A DNA stretch of 41,749 nt from Bacteroidota bacterium (GTDB lineage Bacteria; Bacteroidota; Bacteroidia; Flavobacteriales_D; Crocinitomicaceae). The stretch is from the NCBI GenBank assembly GCA_041161265.1, contig JBEAUV010000001.1, positions 1 through 41,749 on the forward strand. Direction: 5' to 3'. Both the position numbers and the translations under genes were made by a program. Below the pieces are notes generated by a model. It had not been told where the DNA came from. It did not search any database and saw only the letters and a program-made list of their open reading frames with translations. Shown here in pieces: positions 1 to 11,549 of the stretch (its first letter is position 1; every line of letters starts with the position of its first letter).

Positions 1-50
1 TCTCTGAAACGACGAGCGATTTTGGATTTTGGACCTGTATATCTTGCCAT
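1..50 (-). CDS. rpsD: 30S ribosomal protein S4, 5' end only (CDS runs off the left edge)
   Basis: The reverse complement of 1-50 reads ATG GCA AGA TAT ACA GGT CCA AAA TCC AAA ATC GCT CGT CGT TTC = MARYTGPKSKIARRF, the conserved S4 N-terminus. It sits in the expected position after rpsK. Confidence 0.9.
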   Translation of the reverse strand, partial: MARYTGPKSKIARRFR

Positions 51-125
51 TTTTATAAATTTAAAAGTACGATTATGAATTAAGGCTTTCCTTCGATAAT
101 CTTATTGCACTTTAGTTAATTAATA

Positions 126-512
126 TTAAACTCTACGTCTTTTTGGAGGACGACACCCATTATGAGGTAGTGGAGTTACATCCACTATTTCAGTTACTTC
201 GATTCCAGCATTATGCAATGATCGGATAGCAGACTCACGTCCTCCACCTGGTCCTTTAACATACACTTTTACCTTACGTAATCCGAAGTCATGGGCTTCT
301 TTAGCACAATTCTCAGCTGCCATTTGAGCAGCATAAGGAGTATTCTTTTTAGAACCTCTAAAACCCATTTTTCCCGCTGATGACCAAGAAATAACTTGGC
401 CAGCATTGTTAGTCAAAGAAATTATTACGTTGTTGAAGGTAGCTTGAATATGCGCTTCACCCATCGCATCAACTTTGACGATCTTCTTCTTTTTTTGATT
501 AGACTTTGCCAT
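126..512 (-). CDS. rpsK: 30S ribosomal protein S11
   Basis: 128-aa [21 protein letters not shown]...[21 protein letters not shown] is canonical S11. It lies between rpsM and rpsD. Confidence 0.97.
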   Translation of the reverse strand: MAKSNQKKKKIVKVDAMGEAHIQATFNNVIISLTNNAGQVISWSSAGKMGFRGSKKNTPYAAQMAAENCAKEAHDFGLRKVKVYVKGPGGGRESAIRSLHNAGIEVTEIVDVTPLPHNGCRPPKRRRV

Positions 513-525
513 CTTTACTTACTTA

Positions 526-900
526 TTATTTAGTCGCTTTCTTCTTGTTAGCAACTGTTTTTCTTCTACCTTTTCTTGTACGAGCATTATTCTTTGTACG
601 TTGACCTCTCAAAGGTAACCCTGAACGATGACGAATTCCTCGTTGACAACCGATATCCATTAAACGTTTAATGTTTAATTGAATTTCAGAACGTAACTGA
701 CCTTCAGTTTTCACTTCATTGATCGCGTTACGAATTGCAGCCAATTGATCATCGTTCCATTCTTGAACTTTGATGTTTTCGTCAATTCCGTTATCCTTCA
801 AGATTTTACTTGAAGTGCTCTTTCCAATTCCGAAGATGTAAGTCAAACCGATTACACCTCTTTTGTTTTTTGGTAAATCTATACCTGCAATACGTGCCAT
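526..900 (-). CDS. rpsM: 30S ribosomal protein S13
   Basis: 124-aa ORF starting [14 protein letters not shown] (canonical S13 start) with a basic C-terminal tail. Confidence 0.97.
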   Translation of the reverse strand: MARIAGIDLPKNKRGVIGLTYIFGIGKSTSSKILKDNGIDENIKVQEWNDDQLAAIRNAINEVKTEGQLRSEIQLNIKRLMDIGCQRGIRHRSGLPLRGQRTKNNARTRKGRRKTVANKKKATK

Positions 901-911
901 ACTTTTTTATA

Positions 912-1028
912 TTACCCTTGTCTTTGTTTAAGTTTAGGATTCTTTTTATTAATCACATAAACTACTCCATTTCTCTTAACGATTTTGCAATCTGCAGTTC
1001 GTTTTTTAACTGATGCTCTAACTTTCAT
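912..1028 (-). CDS. rpmJ: 50S ribosomal protein L36
   Basis: Absent from the ORF track because it is under 60 aa. Hand translation of the reverse complement gives [38 protein letters not shown] (38 aa), which is canonical L36. It sits between infA and rpsM. Confidence 0.93.
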   Translation of the reverse strand: MKVRASVKKRTADCKIVKRNGVVYVINKKNPKLKQRQG

Positions 1029-1052
1029 CTTTTCTTTATTTTAATCCAATGC

Positions 1053-1271
1053 TTATTTATATCTGAAAGATATTCTTCCTTTTGATAAATCATAAGGAGA
1101 CATTTCAACTTTCACTCTATCTCCAGGAAGAATTTTAATGTAGAACATTCTCATTTTTCCTGAAATATGCGCAGTTATAATATGACCATTTTCTAATTCT
1201 ACTCGAAACATTGCATTCGATAAGGCTTCGATGATCACACCGTCTTGCTCAATTGATGTTTGTTTTGCCAT
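1053..1271 (-). CDS. infA: translation initiation factor IF-1
   Basis: 72-aa [47 protein letters not shown] matches the IF-1 S1-like fold sequence. Confidence 0.96.
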   Translation of the reverse strand: MAKQTSIEQDGVIIEALSNAMFRVELENGHIITAHISGKMRMFYIKILPGDRVKVEMSPYDLSKGRISFRYK

Positions 1272-1274
1272 TTT

Positions 1275-2621
1275 TTAAAATCCAGATAATTCGCCTTGTG
1301 TTCTTCTACCTTTAATTCGAGTCCCTTCCATCAATCCATCCATGTGGCGATTTAACAGATAAGATTCGATTTGTTGTAAAGTATCTAAAACAACTCCGAC
1401 CATAATTAATATAGATGTTCCACCAAAGAACATTGCAAATGCATCATTTACTCCCGCCATTTTTGCGATTGCAGGTAAAATTGCTATCACAGCTAAAAAC
1501 ATTGAACCTGGTAATGTAATTCTAGAAACCAACGTATCTATATATTCTGCTGTTTCTTCACCTGGTCTAACCCCTGGAATAAAACCACCTGATCTTTTCA
1601 AATCATCAGCAATTTTTCTAGGATTAATCATAATGGCTGTGTAGAAATATGTAAAAACAATTATTAAAAGGGCCAAAAGCAAATTATAACTTACGCCATA
1701 AATATCACCTAAAGTTCTTTGAATAAAATTTCCGCCTTCAGCAGCGCCGCTTGCAAATATCATTACTGGTATAGTCATGATTGCTTGAGCAAATATAATA
1801 GGCATTACACCACTTGCATTTACTTTAATTGGCAAATAACTTCTAGCTCCAGCTTCATCAACAGCTCTTGCGCCTACAACTCTTTTTGCAGTATTTAGAG
1901 GTATTTTACGAACACCTTGTACAATTAATATTGTCCCAAGAATCACAATCATAAATGCTACGATTTCTAGAACAATTTTAATTAAGTTACCAGATCCAAC
2001 AGCAAAACCGAACTCCGCAGTGAATGCTTCAGGCAAACGAGCAAGAATACCAACTGTAATCAATAATGAAATACCATTTCCAATACCTTTGTCAGTTATT
2101 CTTTCTCCTAACCAAACAGCAAACATAGAACCAGCAATTAATACAAGTATTGTTTGTGTCCACCAGAATGTTGAAGCGTCTACGGGCATTGCGCCTTTAG
2201 ATTGCACATATAATGTCAAATAACTTGGTGCTTGTAAAGCACAAATAATTATTGTCAAAATACGAGTGTAATTATTGATTCGTTTTCTACCAGATTCTCC
2301 TTCATTTTGCATTTTTTGAACAGCAGGAACTGCCATGCCCAATAATTGCATGATGATGGATGCACTAATGTATGGCATAATCCCAAGAGCCATAACAGAA
2401 GCATTGGTAAAACCTCCTCCAGAAAACAGAGAAAGTAAAGTTTCCAACGCATTTTGTCCACCACTTGCTTGTGCATTCATTAATGCAGTGTAATTCACAC
2501 CTGGCAATACGACGAATGATCCTACTCGATAAACCAAAATTAATCCAAGAGTCAAAATGATTCTCTTTCTTAATTCTTCTACCTTCCAGATGTTTTTAAT
2601 ACTTTGTATAAATCGTTTCAT
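1275..2621 (-). CDS. secY: preprotein translocase subunit SecY
   Basis: 448-aa polytopic membrane ORF at the end of the spc block. It carries the motifs GIMPYISASII and GGFIPGVRPG. Confidence 0.96.
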   Translation of the reverse strand: MKRFIQSIKNIWKVEELRKRIILTLGLILVYRVGSFVVLPGVNYTALMNAQASGGQNALETLLSLFSGGGFTNASVMALGIMPYISASIIMQLLGMAVPAVQKMQNEGESGRKRINNYTRILTIIICALQAPSYLTLYVQSKGAMPVDASTFWWTQTILVLIAGSMFAVWLGERITDKGIGNGISLLITVGILARLPEAFTAEFGFAVGSGNLIKIVLEIVAFMIVILGTILIVQGVRKIPLNTAKRVVGARAVDEAGARSYLPIKVNASGVMPIIFAQAIMTIPVMIFASGAAEGGNFIQRTLGDIYGVSYNLLLALLIIVFTYFYTAIMINPRKIADDLKRSGGFIPGVRPGEETAEYIDTLVSRITLPGSMFLAVIAILPAIAKMAGVNDAFAMFFGGTSILIMVGVVLDTLQQIESYLLNRHMDGLMEGTRIKGRRTQGELSGF

Positions 2622-2646
2622 TTAAAAAAAATGTTGGCAAAGTTAA

Positions 2647-3093
2647 TTAGATTTCTGAACAATTCCCACCTTGACCTTCAATTAATGCTTTCGCAGAAGT
2701 TGAAAATTTGTGAGCAATCACATTAACCTTACCTTTCAATTCTCCTCTTCCTAAAACTTTAACAAGTTCATTTCTTGAAATTAGTCCGTTTTCACGTAAA
2801 ACTTCAGGTGTAATTTCTGAAACATTTTTACGATCAATTAGAGATTGAATAATATCTAAATTAATTGCTTTATACTCAACGCGGTTAATGTTTTTGAAAC
2901 CGAATTTAGGTACTCTTCTTTGTAAAGGCATTTGCCCTCCTTCGAAACCAATCTTAGATTTGTAACCAGATCTTGATTTCGCTCCTTTATGTCCTCGGGT
3001 AGAAGTTCCACCATGACCAGATCCCTGACCACGTGCAATTCTTTTGTCTTTTTTAACAGACCCAGCTGCTGGAGTTAAATTATGTAAATTCAT
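2647..3093 (-). CDS. rplO: 50S ribosomal protein L15
   Basis: 148 aa with the Gly/Arg/Lys-rich N-terminus GQGSGHGGTSTRGHKG typical of L15. It follows rpmD. Confidence 0.96.
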   Translation of the reverse strand: MNLHNLTPAAGSVKKDKRIARGQGSGHGGTSTRGHKGAKSRSGYKSKIGFEGGQMPLQRRVPKFGFKNINRVEYKAINLDIIQSLIDRKNVSEITPEVLRENGLISRNELVKVLGRGELKGKVNVIAHKFSTSAKALIEGQGGNCSEI

Positions 3094-3113
3094 TGTAAAT
3101 CGTTTTTTAAGGA

Positions 3114-3290
3114 TTACTCCACAACCTTGATAAGGTGTGATATTTTCTTAACCATTCCTAGAATTTGTGGAGTTGCTTCTTTTTCAAGAATTTGATTCAA
3201 CTTTCTAAATCCTAGCGCCTTTAACGTAGCCTTTTGATCAGCGGGACGTCTAATAGCGCTTCTTACTTGCTGTATTTTAATGATAGCCAT
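3114..3290 (-). CDS. rpmD: 50S ribosomal protein L30
   Basis: I trimmed the ORF-track frame 3114-3359 to the internal ATG at 3288-3290 (MAIIKIQQVRSAIRRP...). That gives 58 aa and removes the overlap with rpsE. Confidence 0.93.
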   Translation of the reverse strand: MAIIKIQQVRSAIRRPADQKATLKALGFRKLNQILEKEATPQILGMVKKISHLIKVVE

Positions 3291-3300
3291 CTGATTTCTA

Positions 3301-3819
3301 TTAACCGTTAAACACTTTGTCCAATGTAATCCCACGTTGTTTTGCAACAGCAACTGCATCTCTCATTTTAGAAAGAGCATCAATAGTAGCTTTCACTACG
3401 TTATGTGGATTTGAAGATCCTTGTGACTTTGCTAATACATTATGAATTCCAACGCTTTCTAATACAGCACGCATTGCACCTCCTGCAATAACACCTGTAC
3501 CTACAGAAGCTGGTTTCAATAATATTTCAGCACCGCCAAATTTACCTTTTTGAGAATGAGGAACAGTACCATGTAAAATTGGAACTTTGATCAAATTCTT
3601 CTTTGCATCATCAATTCCTTTTGTAATAGCTTCTGTAACCTCTTTTGCTTTTCCTAAACCATGACCAACGATACCGTTTTCATTTCCAACTACAACAATT
3701 GCAGAGAAACTAAATGTACGTCCACCTTTTGTTACTTTCGTAACACGGTTAACAGAAACGAGTTTATCCTTTAACTCTATATCTGAGGGTTTTACCCTGT
3801 TTAATACCTGTGCTGCCAT
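3301..3819 (-). CDS. rpsE: 30S ribosomal protein S5
   Basis: 172 aa with the S5 motif [24 protein letters not shown]. Confidence 0.97.
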   Translation of the reverse strand: MAAQVLNRVKPSDIELKDKLVSVNRVTKVTKGGRTFSFSAIVVVGNENGIVGHGLGKAKEVTEAITKGIDDAKKNLIKVPILHGTVPHSQKGKFGGAEILLKPASVGTGVIAGGAMRAVLESVGIHNVLAKSQGSSNPHNVVKATIDALSKMRDAVAVAKQRGITLDKVFNG

Positions 3820-3823
3820 TTTT

Positions 3824-4177
3824 TTAAAATTTTAAACCGCCTTCTCGTGCTGAGTCAGCTAATGATTTAACTCTACCGTGGTATAGATAACCATTGCGAT
3901 CAAACACAACGCTTTCGATTCCGGCTTTTAATGCTTTTTCTGCAACTTCTTTTCCAATAACAGCAGCTTGTTCAGACTTCGTCTTTTTTACAACCGCTTT
4001 ATTTTTAAAGGAAGATGCTGATGCCAATGTTACTCCGTTAATATCATCAATCAACTGTGCGTAGATTTGTTTATTACTTCGGAATACAGAAAGACGTGGC
4101 ACCTTAGAAGTACCAGAAACTCTTTTTCTGATTCTTCTTTTAATTTTCGCTCTTCTGTTTATTTTACTGAATGCCAT
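3824..4177 (-). CDS. rplR: 50S ribosomal protein L18
   Basis: 117 aa with the L18 motif [19 protein letters not shown]. Confidence 0.96.
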   Translation of the reverse strand: MAFSKINRRAKIKRRIRKRVSGTSKVPRLSVFRSNKQIYAQLIDDINGVTLASASSFKNKAVVKKTKSEQAAVIGKEVAEKALKAGIESVVFDRNGYLYHGRVKSLADSAREGGLKF

Positions 4178-4188
4178 AACTTTAACTA

Positions 4189-4743
4189 TTATTTTTTACC
4201 TGCAGATTTACCAGCTTTTCTTCTAACTTCTTCACCTAGGAAACGAATTCCTTTACCTTTGTACGGCTCAGGTTTACGTAAGGAACGAATTTTGGCAGCT
4301 ACTTGACCTATTAGTTGTTTGTCAAAAGATTCTAACGTTACAACTGGTGCTTTACCCTTTTGGGTATCTGCAGATACTTTTATTTCTTTAGGGAATTCTA
4401 AAACAATTGCATGTGAATATCCTAACATTAACTCCAACTGTTGACCAGTTGCAGTTGCACGATATCCAACACCAATTACTTCTAATTCCTTCTTAAACCC
4501 TTCCATAACACCAATACACATATTATTAACTAATGAACGGTATAAACCGTGTTTAGCTCTATGATTTGGTGCGTCTGATTCGCGGCTGAAAGTTATTACA
4601 TTGCCCTCAATGTTCACTGTTACACAAGAATCTATTTCTTGTGACAATTCACCTTTAGGACCCTTAACAGAAATTACATTTCCGTTTAACTTTACGTCTA
4701 CTCCACTCGGGATGTTAACTGGGGATTTACCTATCCTTGACAT
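4189..4743 (-). CDS. rplF: 50S ribosomal protein L6
   Basis: 184 aa starting [15 protein letters not shown], a typical L6 start. Confidence 0.96.
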   Translation of the reverse strand: MSRIGKSPVNIPSGVDVKLNGNVISVKGPKGELSQEIDSCVTVNIEGNVITFSRESDAPNHRAKHGLYRSLVNNMCIGVMEGFKKELEVIGVGYRATATGQQLELMLGYSHAIVLEFPKEIKVSADTQKGKAPVVTLESFDKQLIGQVAAKIRSLRKPEPYKGKGIRFLGEEVRRKAGKSAGKK

Positions 4744-4761
4744 TTCTAACTATTCTTAAAA

Positions 4762-5160
4762 TTAATATACGTAGCAAAGAACTTCTCCACCTACGTTTTG
4801 TTTTCTTGCTTCTTTATCAGTAATTACACCTTTTGAAGTTGAGACAATTGCAATCCCAAGACCATTCAACACACGTGGCATTTCAGATGCCCCACTGTAT
4901 TTTCTTAATCCTGGACGAGAAGCTCTTTGCAATTTTGTAATTGCAGGAACTTTCGTTGATGAATTGTATTTCAAAGCAATTTTAATAATGCCTTGCTTGT
5001 CATCTTCTTCAAACTTGTAATTAGTGACAAAACCCTGATCAAATAAAATTTGCGTCATTGCACGTTTTACATTTGAACTAGGAATCTCTACAATCTTCAA
5101 ACCAGCCGAACTCGCGTTACGAATTCTGGTTAGAAAATCTGCTATAGGATCTGTATTCAT
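4762..5160 (-). CDS. rpsH: 30S ribosomal protein S8
   Basis: I trimmed the ORF-track frame 4762-5235 to the ATG at 5158-5160 ([16 protein letters not shown], the canonical S8 start). That gives 132 aa and removes the overlap with rpsN. Confidence 0.95.
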   Translation of the reverse strand: MNTDPIADFLTRIRNASSAGLKIVEIPSSNVKRAMTQILFDQGFVTNYKFEEDDKQGIIKIALKYNSSTKVPAITKLQRASRPGLRKYSGASEMPRVLNGLGIAIVSTSKGVITDKEARKQNVGGEVLCYVY

Positions 5161-5182
5161 AATCTTCCTATTAAACTTTAAA

Positions 5183-5497
5183 TTACCAACTTGCTTTTTT
5201 AACTCCTGGGATCTTTCCAGACAATGCCATTTCACGGAATGTTACCCTTGAAATTCCAAACTGACGCATGTAACCTCTAGGTCTTCCTGTCAAACCACAA
5301 CGGTTGTGAACACGAATTTTAGAAGAATTTGCAGGCAATTTTTGAACTGCAATCATAGCATCCCATTTAGCTGCTTGAACCTCTTCAGAAGTATCAGTTG
5401 ACTTAAGTATTTTAGTCAATTCTGCTCTCTTCTTTGCGTATCGTGCAACTAATTTTTCTCTTTTGCGCTCACGCGCTTTCATTGATTCTTTTGCCAT
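5183..5497 (-). CDS. rpsN: 30S ribosomal protein S14 (long, non-zinc form)
   Basis: 104 aa with the canonical C-terminus [27 protein letters not shown]. It has only one Cys, so there is no CxxC zinc ribbon. Confidence 0.95.
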   Translation of the reverse strand: MAKESMKARERKREKLVARYAKKRAELTKILKSTDTSEEVQAAKWDAMIAVQKLPANSSKIRVHNRCGLTGRPRGYMRQFGISRVTFREMALSGKIPGVKKASW

Positions 5498-5502
5498 CTC
5501 TA

Positions 5503-6054
5503 CTATTTTTTAATAAATGGAAAGCCAAATGCGTCTAGTAATTCCTTACCTTCTTCATCACTACCTGCTGAAGTAACAAATGTAATATCCATTCCAAGAA
5601 TACGATTTACTTTGTCAATATCAATTTCAGGGAAAATGATGTGTTCTTTGATACCCATATTGAAGTTTCCTCTACCGTCAAATCCTTTTGGATTTACACC
5701 GCGGAAGTCACGAGTTCTAGGTAAAGCAACTGATAAAAAACGATCTAAAAAATCGTACATTTTATTACCTCTTAATGTTACTTTCGTACCAATCGGCATT
5801 CCTTTTCTTAATTTAAAGTTGGAGATATCTTTTTTAGAGATAGTCATAATTGCTTTTTGACCAGCAATTCTTGACAAATCTGCTACAGCACTATCTATCA
5901 ACTTTTTATCAGCAACTGCATCGCCCATTCCTTGGCTCAATACAATCTTTTCCAGTCTAGGTACTTTCATAACAGTCTTGTACCCGAATTTTTCTGTTAA
6001 TGCAGGAATAATTTCTGCACTATATTTTTCTCGAAGTCTCGGTGAATAACTCAT
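5503..6054 (-). CDS. rplE: 50S ribosomal protein L5
   Basis: 183 aa with an L5-like sequence ([13 protein letters not shown]...). Its start codon overlaps the rplX stop as TAATG. Confidence 0.96.
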   Translation of the reverse strand: MSYSPRLREKYSAEIIPALTEKFGYKTVMKVPRLEKIVLSQGMGDAVADKKLIDSAVADLSRIAGQKAIMTISKKDISNFKLRKGMPIGTKVTLRGNKMYDFLDRFLSVALPRTRDFRGVNPKGFDGRGNFNMGIKEHIIFPEIDIDKVNRILGMDITFVTSAGSDEEGKELLDAFGFPFIKK

Positions 6055-6371
6055 TACTTAATTTCCTCCCCTGATTTTTTTGAATAACGAACTAATTTTC
6101 CTTTTGCGTCTAACTTACGGCCAATGCGTGATGCAATACCTTTAGTTACGATCATAAGGTTTGATACATGGATAGTTGATTCCTTTTCCACGATCCCACC
6201 TTGAGGGTCTGCTGCACTTGGTTTAGAGTGTTTTTTTACCATATTAACACCTTCAACAATTGCACGCATTTTTTTTCTGTCAATAGTAAGGATTTTTCCT
6301 TCCAATCCTTTAGATTCACCGTTAAGTACCTTAACTGTGTCTCCTACTTTAATGTGTAATTTCTGTTGCAT
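6054..6371 (-). CDS. rplX: 50S ribosomal protein L24
   Basis: I trimmed the ORF-track frame to the ATG at 6369-6371 ([30 protein letters not shown] motif). That gives 105 aa. Confidence 0.94.
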   Translation of the reverse strand: MQQKLHIKVGDTVKVLNGESKGLEGKILTIDRKKMRAIVEGVNMVKKHSKPSAADPQGGIVEKESTIHVSNLMIVTKGIASRIGRKLDAKGKLVRYSKKSGEEIK

Positions 6372-6384
6372 AACTTCAATTAAT

Positions 6385-6753
6385 TTAAAGTACCTCTGGA
6401 GCAAGAGAAACAACCTTCATATAGTTGTTTTCACGCAGCTCACGAGCGACTGGTCCGAAAATACGAGTACCTCTCATTTCACCTGCTTGATTCAATATAA
6501 CGCAAGCGTTATCATCAAAACGAATGTATGAACCGTCTGCACGGCGTACTTCTTTTTTTGTTCTTACTATTACTGCCTTAGCTACTGTACCCTTTTTAAC
6601 GGCTCCAGAAGGCATTGCGCTCTTGACAGCAACGACGATTTTATCGCCAACTGAAGCATAACGACGTCTAGTACCTCCTAAAACACGGATTACTAAAACT
6701 GTTTTTGCTCCTGAGTTATCTGCTACTCCAAGTCTAGATTCTGTTTGTATCAT
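6385..6753 (-). CDS. rplN: 50S ribosomal protein L14
   Basis: 122 aa starting [17 protein letters not shown], the canonical L14 start. Confidence 0.97.
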   Translation of the reverse strand: MIQTESRLGVADNSGAKTVLVIRVLGGTRRRYASVGDKIVVAVKSAMPSGAVKKGTVAKAVIVRTKKEVRRADGSYIRFDDNACVILNQAGEMRGTRIFGPVARELRENNYMKVVSLAPEVL

Positions 6754-6762
6754 TACTAAAAA

Positions 6763-7020
6763 TTATTTAGCTCTTTCAATAACTTCTACTAATCTCCAGT
6801 TCTTTGATTTACTCAAAGGACGGGTCTCCATAATTTTAACAGTATCACCAATGTGGCAATCATTGTTTTCATCGTGGGCGACAAATTTAGTAGTTTTTTT
6901 TACGAACTTACCATACTTTGGGTGTTTTACTTTACGTTCCACAGAAACTACAATAGATTTCTGCATTTTGTCGCTAGTAACGACCCCAATTCGTTCTTTT
7001 CTTAAATTACGCTTTTCCAT
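6763..7020 (-). CDS. rpsQ: 30S ribosomal protein S17
   Basis: 85 aa, S17-like ([18 protein letters not shown]...[13 protein letters not shown]), in the position after rpmC. Confidence 0.95.
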   Translation of the reverse strand: MEKRNLRKERIGVVTSDKMQKSIVVSVERKVKHPKYGKFVKKTTKFVAHDENNDCHIGDTVKIMETRPLSKSKNWRLVEVIERAK

Positions 7021-7050
7021 GTCAAGCCAATTTCAATTTTAAACAAGCGA

Positions 7051-7245
7051 TTAAGCTTGTGCTTCACGTTTAGTCAATTCAGTGTTCAATCTTGCGATTG
7101 TTTTTCTGACGTTTCGAATTTGAATTGGATTTTCCATTGGCGCAACACTGTGCGTCAGTTTCATTTTCGTAAGTTGATTTGAAAAATCGGCAATGCGACT
7201 CTTCACGTCTTCAACTGAAAGATTTGTGATTTCTTGCTGGTTCAT
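7051..7245 (-). CDS. rpmC: 50S ribosomal protein L29
   Basis: 64-aa helical ORF between rplP and rpsQ, with L29-like sequence. Confidence 0.93.
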   Translation of the reverse strand: MNQQEITNLSVEDVKSRIADFSNQLTKMKLTHSVAPMENPIQIRNVRKTIARLNTELTKREAQA

Positions 7246-7253
7246 ATTAATTT

Positions 7254-7682
7254 CTATTTCTCTGGTATTACATAGTCGTTGCGAACAACGAACTTACATT
7301 TCACCGGTAACTTTTGAGCTGCCAAACGCATTGCTTCTTTCGCAATTTCGTAAGGCACACCGTCTGCTTCAAACATGATGCGACCTGGTTTTACTACTGC
7401 TACCCAGTGACTTGGAGCTCCCTTTCCTTTACCCATACGAACTTCTGCTGGTTTTGAGGTAACCGGCTTGTCAGGGAAAATTCGAATCCACACCTTTCCT
7501 TCACGTTTCATGTATCGAGTAACGGCGATACGTGAAGCTTCAATTTGGCGTGATGTGATCCATGCAGGCTCCAATGTTTTCAATCCAAAAGATCCGAAAG
7601 CAATTGTACTACCTCTTTGGGCCATACCTCTGTTTCTACTCTTTTGAACTCTTCTAAATTTGGTTCTTTTTGGCTGTAACAT
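7254..7682 (-). CDS. rplP: 50S ribosomal protein L16
   Basis: 142 aa starting [11 protein letters not shown], the canonical L16 start. Confidence 0.97.
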   Translation of the reverse strand: MLQPKRTKFRRVQKSRNRGMAQRGSTIAFGSFGLKTLEPAWITSRQIEASRIAVTRYMKREGKVWIRIFPDKPVTSKPAEVRMGKGKGAPSHWVAVVKPGRIMFEADGVPYEIAKEAMRLAAQKLPVKCKFVVRNDYVIPEK

Positions 7683-7705
7683 CTTATATCAATTTTACTG
7701 TCCTG

Positions 7706-8437
7706 TTATTTTTTCTTTCTCTTAGCTCCCATTGGTCTTCTTGGTCCTGCTCCTGGTGCTCCTGATTTCGCAGCAGCTGCAGCCATTCCAACATTTGGAG
7801 AAAGATCACGCTTTCCATATACTTCACCTTTACATATCCAAACTTTGATACCTAAACGGCCATAAGTTGTATGTGCTTCAGCAAGTGCATAGTCGATGTC
7901 AGCTCTAAACGTATGTAACGGAGTACGTCCATCCTTGTACATCTCACTACGAGCCATTTCTGCACCATTCAAACGTCCAGAAATCTTAACTTTGATTCCT
8001 TCAGCTCCCATGCGCATTGTACTCGCAATTGACATTTTGATTGCTCTTCTAAAAGAAATACGAGCTTCCAATTGACGAGCGATTCCATCAGCAACTAAAC
8101 GAGCATCCAATTCTGGACGTTTAACCTCAAAAATATTGATTTGAATCTCTTTTTTCGTTAATTTTTTTAACTCTTCTTTAAGCTTATCAACCTCTTGTCC
8201 CCCTTTACCGATAATCACCCCAGGACGAGCTGTATTAATCGTTACAGTAACAAGTTTCAATGTTCTTTCGATAATTATCTTAGCAATACTTGCTTTTGAC
8301 AAACGAGCATTTAGATACTTACGAATTTGATCATCTTCAATGATTTTATCCTTGTAGTTTTTTCCACCATACCAGTTAGACTCCCATCCGTGGATGAAAC
8401 CAAGTCTATTTCCTATTGGATTTGTTTTTTGTCCCAT
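7706..8437 (-). CDS. rpsC: 30S ribosomal protein S3
   Basis: 243 aa starting [13 protein letters not shown], the canonical S3 start. The C-terminal tail is Ala/Gly/Lys-rich. Confidence 0.97.
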   Translation of the reverse strand: MGQKTNPIGNRLGFIHGWESNWYGGKNYKDKIIEDDQIRKYLNARLSKASIAKIIIERTLKLVTVTINTARPGVIIGKGGQEVDKLKEELKKLTKKEIQINIFEVKRPELDARLVADGIARQLEARISFRRAIKMSIASTMRMGAEGIKVKISGRLNGAEMARSEMYKDGRTPLHTFRADIDYALAEAHTTYGRLGIKVWICKGEVYGKRDLSPNVGMAAAAAKSGAPGAGPRRPMGAKRKKK

Positions 8438-8438
8438 C

Positions 8439-8846
8439 TTATACTAACTTAGCTTTAGCACCATCAACAACGATGGTAACATGGTTTGATCTTTTTCTAA
8501 TTCTATGTGCTCTACCTTGAGGTGCAGCTTGAATTCTTTTCAACATAGCACCACCACCAACTTCAATTGACTTCACTACTAATGTTTCTTCTTCAATACT
8601 TTTTCCTTCATTCTTTTGTTCCCAGTTTGAAATTGCTGAACGCAATAACTTACCAAGACTTGTAGAAGCATCCTTTGCATTATGTTGCAATATATTCAGA
8701 GCTTTATTAACCTCAATTCCTCTAACAAGATCAGCGACTAATCGCATTTTTCTTGGAGCAATCGGAGAGTCATTTAAACGAGCAATTGCCATTGTCGTTT
8801 TAATCTCTTTTAAATTTTCGGCTCTTAACCTTTTTCTAGCACCCAT
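8439..8846 (-). CDS. rplV: 50S ribosomal protein L22
   Basis: 135 aa, L22-like ([14 protein letters not shown]...), between rpsS and rpsC. Confidence 0.95.
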   Translation of the reverse strand: MGARKRLRAENLKEIKTTMAIARLNDSPIAPRKMRLVADLVRGIEVNKALNILQHNAKDASTSLGKLLRSAISNWEQKNEGKSIEEETLVVKSIEVGGGAMLKRIQAAPQGRAHRIRKRSNHVTIVVDGAKAKLV

Positions 8847-8865
8847 GACTTTGGCTGTTTAAATT

Positions 8866-9144
8866 CTATCTTTTCTTATCTTTTCTATTCCCTCCATGGC
8901 CACGGAAATTTCGAGTTGGTGAAAATTCACCTAACTTGTGTCCCACCATGTTTTCACTTACGAAAACTGGAATAAACTTGTTACCATTGTGTACAGCAAA
9001 CGTTAACCCAACAAAATCTGGAGTTATAGTTGAAGCTCTAGACCATGTTTTGATCACTGCTTTACTACTCGCTGCTTGCGCATCTTCCACTCGCTTCATT
9101 AACTTGTAATGTACGAAAGGTGGTTTTTTCAACGAACGACTCAT
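8866..9144 (-). CDS. rpsS: 30S ribosomal protein S19
   Basis: 92 aa starting [11 protein letters not shown], with the motif [23 protein letters not shown]. Confidence 0.97.
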   Translation of the reverse strand: MSRSLKKPPFVHYKLMKRVEDAQAASSKAVIKTWSRASTITPDFVGLTFAVHNGNKFIPVFVSENMVGHKLGEFSPTRNFRGHGGNRKDKKR

Positions 9145-9147
9145 ATC

Positions 9148-9975
9148 TTACTTATTTTTTCTTCTTTCGATGATAAACTTATCTGAATACTTCTTCTTAT
9201 CACGTGTTTTGAATCCTTTAGCAGGAATACTATTACGAGATCTAGGGTGTCCACCAGAGTTCTTACCTTCACCACCACCCATTGGGTGATCGACAGGATT
9301 CATTACTACACCACGTACACGTGGGCGACGACCTAACCAACGAGAACGACCTGCTTTACCAGATACTACCAAGTTGTGTTCAGAATTTGAAACAGAACCA
9401 ATAGTTGCAATACAAGTTGTCAAAATCATTCTAGTTTCACCAGAAGGCATTTTTACAATTGCATAACGACCATCACGAGCGTTCAATTGAGCGTAAGTAC
9501 CTGCTCCACGAGCAATAGCACCACCCTTTCCAGGTTTTAATTCAATATTATGAATTACAGTACCAAGTGGAATATCACTTAAGAAAAGTGCATTTCCTAC
9601 ATTTGGTGCAGCAGCTTTACCAGCTACAACACTATCACCAACTTTCAATCCGTTAGGTGCAATAATGTAACGTTTTTCACCGTCTGCATAAAACAACAAT
9701 GCAATATGAGCTGTACGATTTGGATCGTATTCGATCTCTTTAACCGTTGCAGGAACATCATGCTTGTCTCTTTTAAAATCAATGATACGGTATCTTTGTT
9801 TGTGTCCTCCACCCATGTATCTCATGGTCATTCTACCGTCATTGTTTCGACCACCAGATTTTTTCATCGGCGCAACAAGGCTCTTTTCAGGAACGTTTGT
9901 TGTGATTTCTGAATAATCACTGTTAATCTTGTGTCTTTGCCCTGGAGTAATAGGCTTGAATTTTTTAAGACTCAT
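9148..9975 (-). CDS. rplB: 50S ribosomal protein L2
   Basis: 275 aa with the motifs [18 protein letters not shown] and [14 protein letters not shown]. Confidence 0.97.
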   Translation of the reverse strand: MSLKKFKPITPGQRHKINSDYSEITTNVPEKSLVAPMKKSGGRNNDGRMTMRYMGGGHKQRYRIIDFKRDKHDVPATVKEIEYDPNRTAHIALLFYADGEKRYIIAPNGLKVGDSVVAGKAAAPNVGNALFLSDIPLGTVIHNIELKPGKGGAIARGAGTYAQLNARDGRYAIVKMPSGETRMILTTCIATIGSVSNSEHNLVVSGKAGRSRWLGRRPRVRGVVMNPVDHPMGGGEGKNSGGHPRSRNSIPAKGFKTRDKKKYSDKFIIERRKNK

Positions 9976-9985
9976 TCGTCAATTC

Positions 9986-10288
9986 TTAAAAATTATTAAA
10001 TAAATCAATCGCTTCTCCATCTGCAACAGTAACAACAGCTTTTTTCCATTGTCTACTTGGTTGCTCAACGATACCTTTGTTAGTATATTTAACAGAGGAT
10101 TTACCACCGCCATAATTCATTGTACGAACATCAGTAATACTGACACCATACATTTTCTCGACGGCTTTTTTAATTTCCAATTTATTTGCTTTTCTGTCTA
10201 CTTCGAAAGTGAAACGGTTAAATTTTTCACTTGCTCCTGTAGCCTTCTCAGAAATAATTGGTTTTTTGATAATTGCTTTCATCATCAA
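9986..10288 (-). CDS. rplW: 50S ribosomal protein L23
   Basis: 100 aa, L23-like (PIISEKA...TFEVDRKANKLEIKKAVEKMYGV). There are three consecutive ATGs at the start, so the true start may lie 3-6 nt downstream. Confidence 0.94.
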   Translation of the reverse strand: MMMKAIIKKPIISEKATGASEKFNRFTFEVDRKANKLEIKKAVEKMYGVSITDVRTMNYGGGKSSVKYTNKGIVEQPSRQWKKAVVTVADGEAIDLFNNF

Positions 10289-10915
10289 TTAGTTTAAAAT
10301 CTTTTCAATAACTTCAATCGAACTTACAGCCAAAACAACTTTTCTTGCATTTAATACATCAAATGTATTTACAGAATCAGCAGTTACGACTTTCACTCTT
10401 CCAAGGTTACGAGAAGACAAATATACATTGTCATTTTGTTCACCTAAAATCAATAAAACTTTTTCGTTCTCAAGTTTTAATGCGGATAACAAAGACTTAA
10501 AATCTTTTGTTTTTGCAGCGTCAAAGTTTAAATCTTCAAGCACCATGATTGCATCACCTTTTGCTTTGTAAGAAAAAGCTGATTTTCTAGCCAATCTCTT
10601 CAATTTAACATTTAACTTGAAATGGTAATTTCTTGGTCTTGGTCCGAAAATACGACCACCACCTACACGAGTACCAGATTTGATACTACCAGCACGAGCT
10701 CCACCAGTTCCTTTTTGCTTTTTAATTTTTCTTGTAGATCCAGATATTTCTGCTCTTTCTTTAGCTTTATGCGTTCCTTGACGACGATTTGCCAAGTGTT
10801 GCTTTACATCCAAATAAATTGCGTGATCGTTTGGTTCAATTCCAAAAACTGAATCTGAAAGCGTTACTTTTTTAGAAGTAGCTTTTCCTTTAGCGTCAAA
10901 TACTTTTGCTTCCAT
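10289..10915 (-). CDS. rplD: 50S ribosomal protein L4
   Basis: 208 aa, L4-like ([33 protein letters not shown]). Its start overlaps the rplC stop as TAATG. Confidence 0.96.
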   Translation of the reverse strand: MEAKVFDAKGKATSKKVTLSDSVFGIEPNDHAIYLDVKQHLANRRQGTHKAKERAEISGSTRKIKKQKGTGGARAGSIKSGTRVGGGRIFGPRPRNYHFKLNVKLKRLARKSAFSYKAKGDAIMVLEDLNFDAAKTKDFKSLLSALKLENEKVLLILGEQNDNVYLSSRNLGRVKVVTADSVNTFDVLNARKVVLAVSSIEVIEKILN

Positions 10916-11529
10916 TACTTCAAAATTGTTACGGTTGAACCTTTAGATCCAGGTATAGAACCTTTCACTACGATTAAATTTTTATCTGCAAGAATCTTCA
11001 AAATTACAAGATTCTCCATTACAACTCTTTCGTCACCCATATGACCACCCATGCGCATTCCTTTGAATACACGAGCAGGATATGAACATGCTCCAATTGA
11101 TCCTGGTGCACGAAGACGATTGTGTTGTCCGTGAGTAGCTTGTCCAACTCCAGCGAAACCATGACGTTTTACAACACCTTGGAAACCCTTTCCTTTTGAA
11201 GTTCCTACAACGCTAACGAATTCACCTTCCTCGAAGATATCAACGTTAACCAGGTCACCCAGACTTAAGTTTTCGAAACCTTTAAATTCAACCAACTTCG
11301 ATTTTGGAGTTGTGTTTGCTTTTTTAAAGTGACCCTTCAAAGCGTTTGGAGTGTTTTTTTCTTTACGGTCTCCAAAACCCAATTGAACAGCTTCGTAACC
11401 ATCTCTGTCTTGTGACTTAACCTGAGTTACGACACAAGGACCTGCTTCTATAACTGTGCATGGTAATGATTTACCCTCGGCACTGTAGATGCTAGTCATT
11501 CCGACTTTTCTACCAATTATTCCTGGCAT
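10915..11529 (-). CDS. rplC: 50S ribosomal protein L3
   Basis: 204 aa starting [15 protein letters not shown], with the motif [13 protein letters not shown]. Confidence 0.97.
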   Translation of the reverse strand: MPGIIGRKVGMTSIYSAEGKSLPCTVIEAGPCVVTQVKSQDRDGYEAVQLGFGDRKEKNTPNALKGHFKKANTTPKSKLVEFKGFENLSLGDLVNVDIFEEGEFVSVVGTSKGKGFQGVVKRHGFAGVGQATHGQHNRLRAPGSIGACSYPARVFKGMRMGGHMGDERVVMENLVILKILADKNLIVVKGSIPGSKGSTVTILK

Positions 11530-11549
11530 ATACTGTTTATTATTAATTA

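Noticed and set aside
3291-3359. N-terminal extensions of ORF-track frames for rpmD (3291-3359), rpsH (5161-5235), rplX (6372-6413), the plug-domain gene (35756-35869), fabD (36738-36752), tatC (24947-24967) and the Omp85 gene (29939-29947).
   Set aside because: In each case an internal ATG gives the conserved family N-terminus or a proper signal peptide and removes an overlap with the upstream gene. The extensions encode non-conserved junk.
912-5497. L36 and S14 are both cysteine-poor, non-zinc (C-minus) forms.
   Set aside because: To my knowledge this is the normal state of these two proteins in Bacteroidota. It is not evidence of a zinc-sparing paralogue switch, and no second copies occur in this window.
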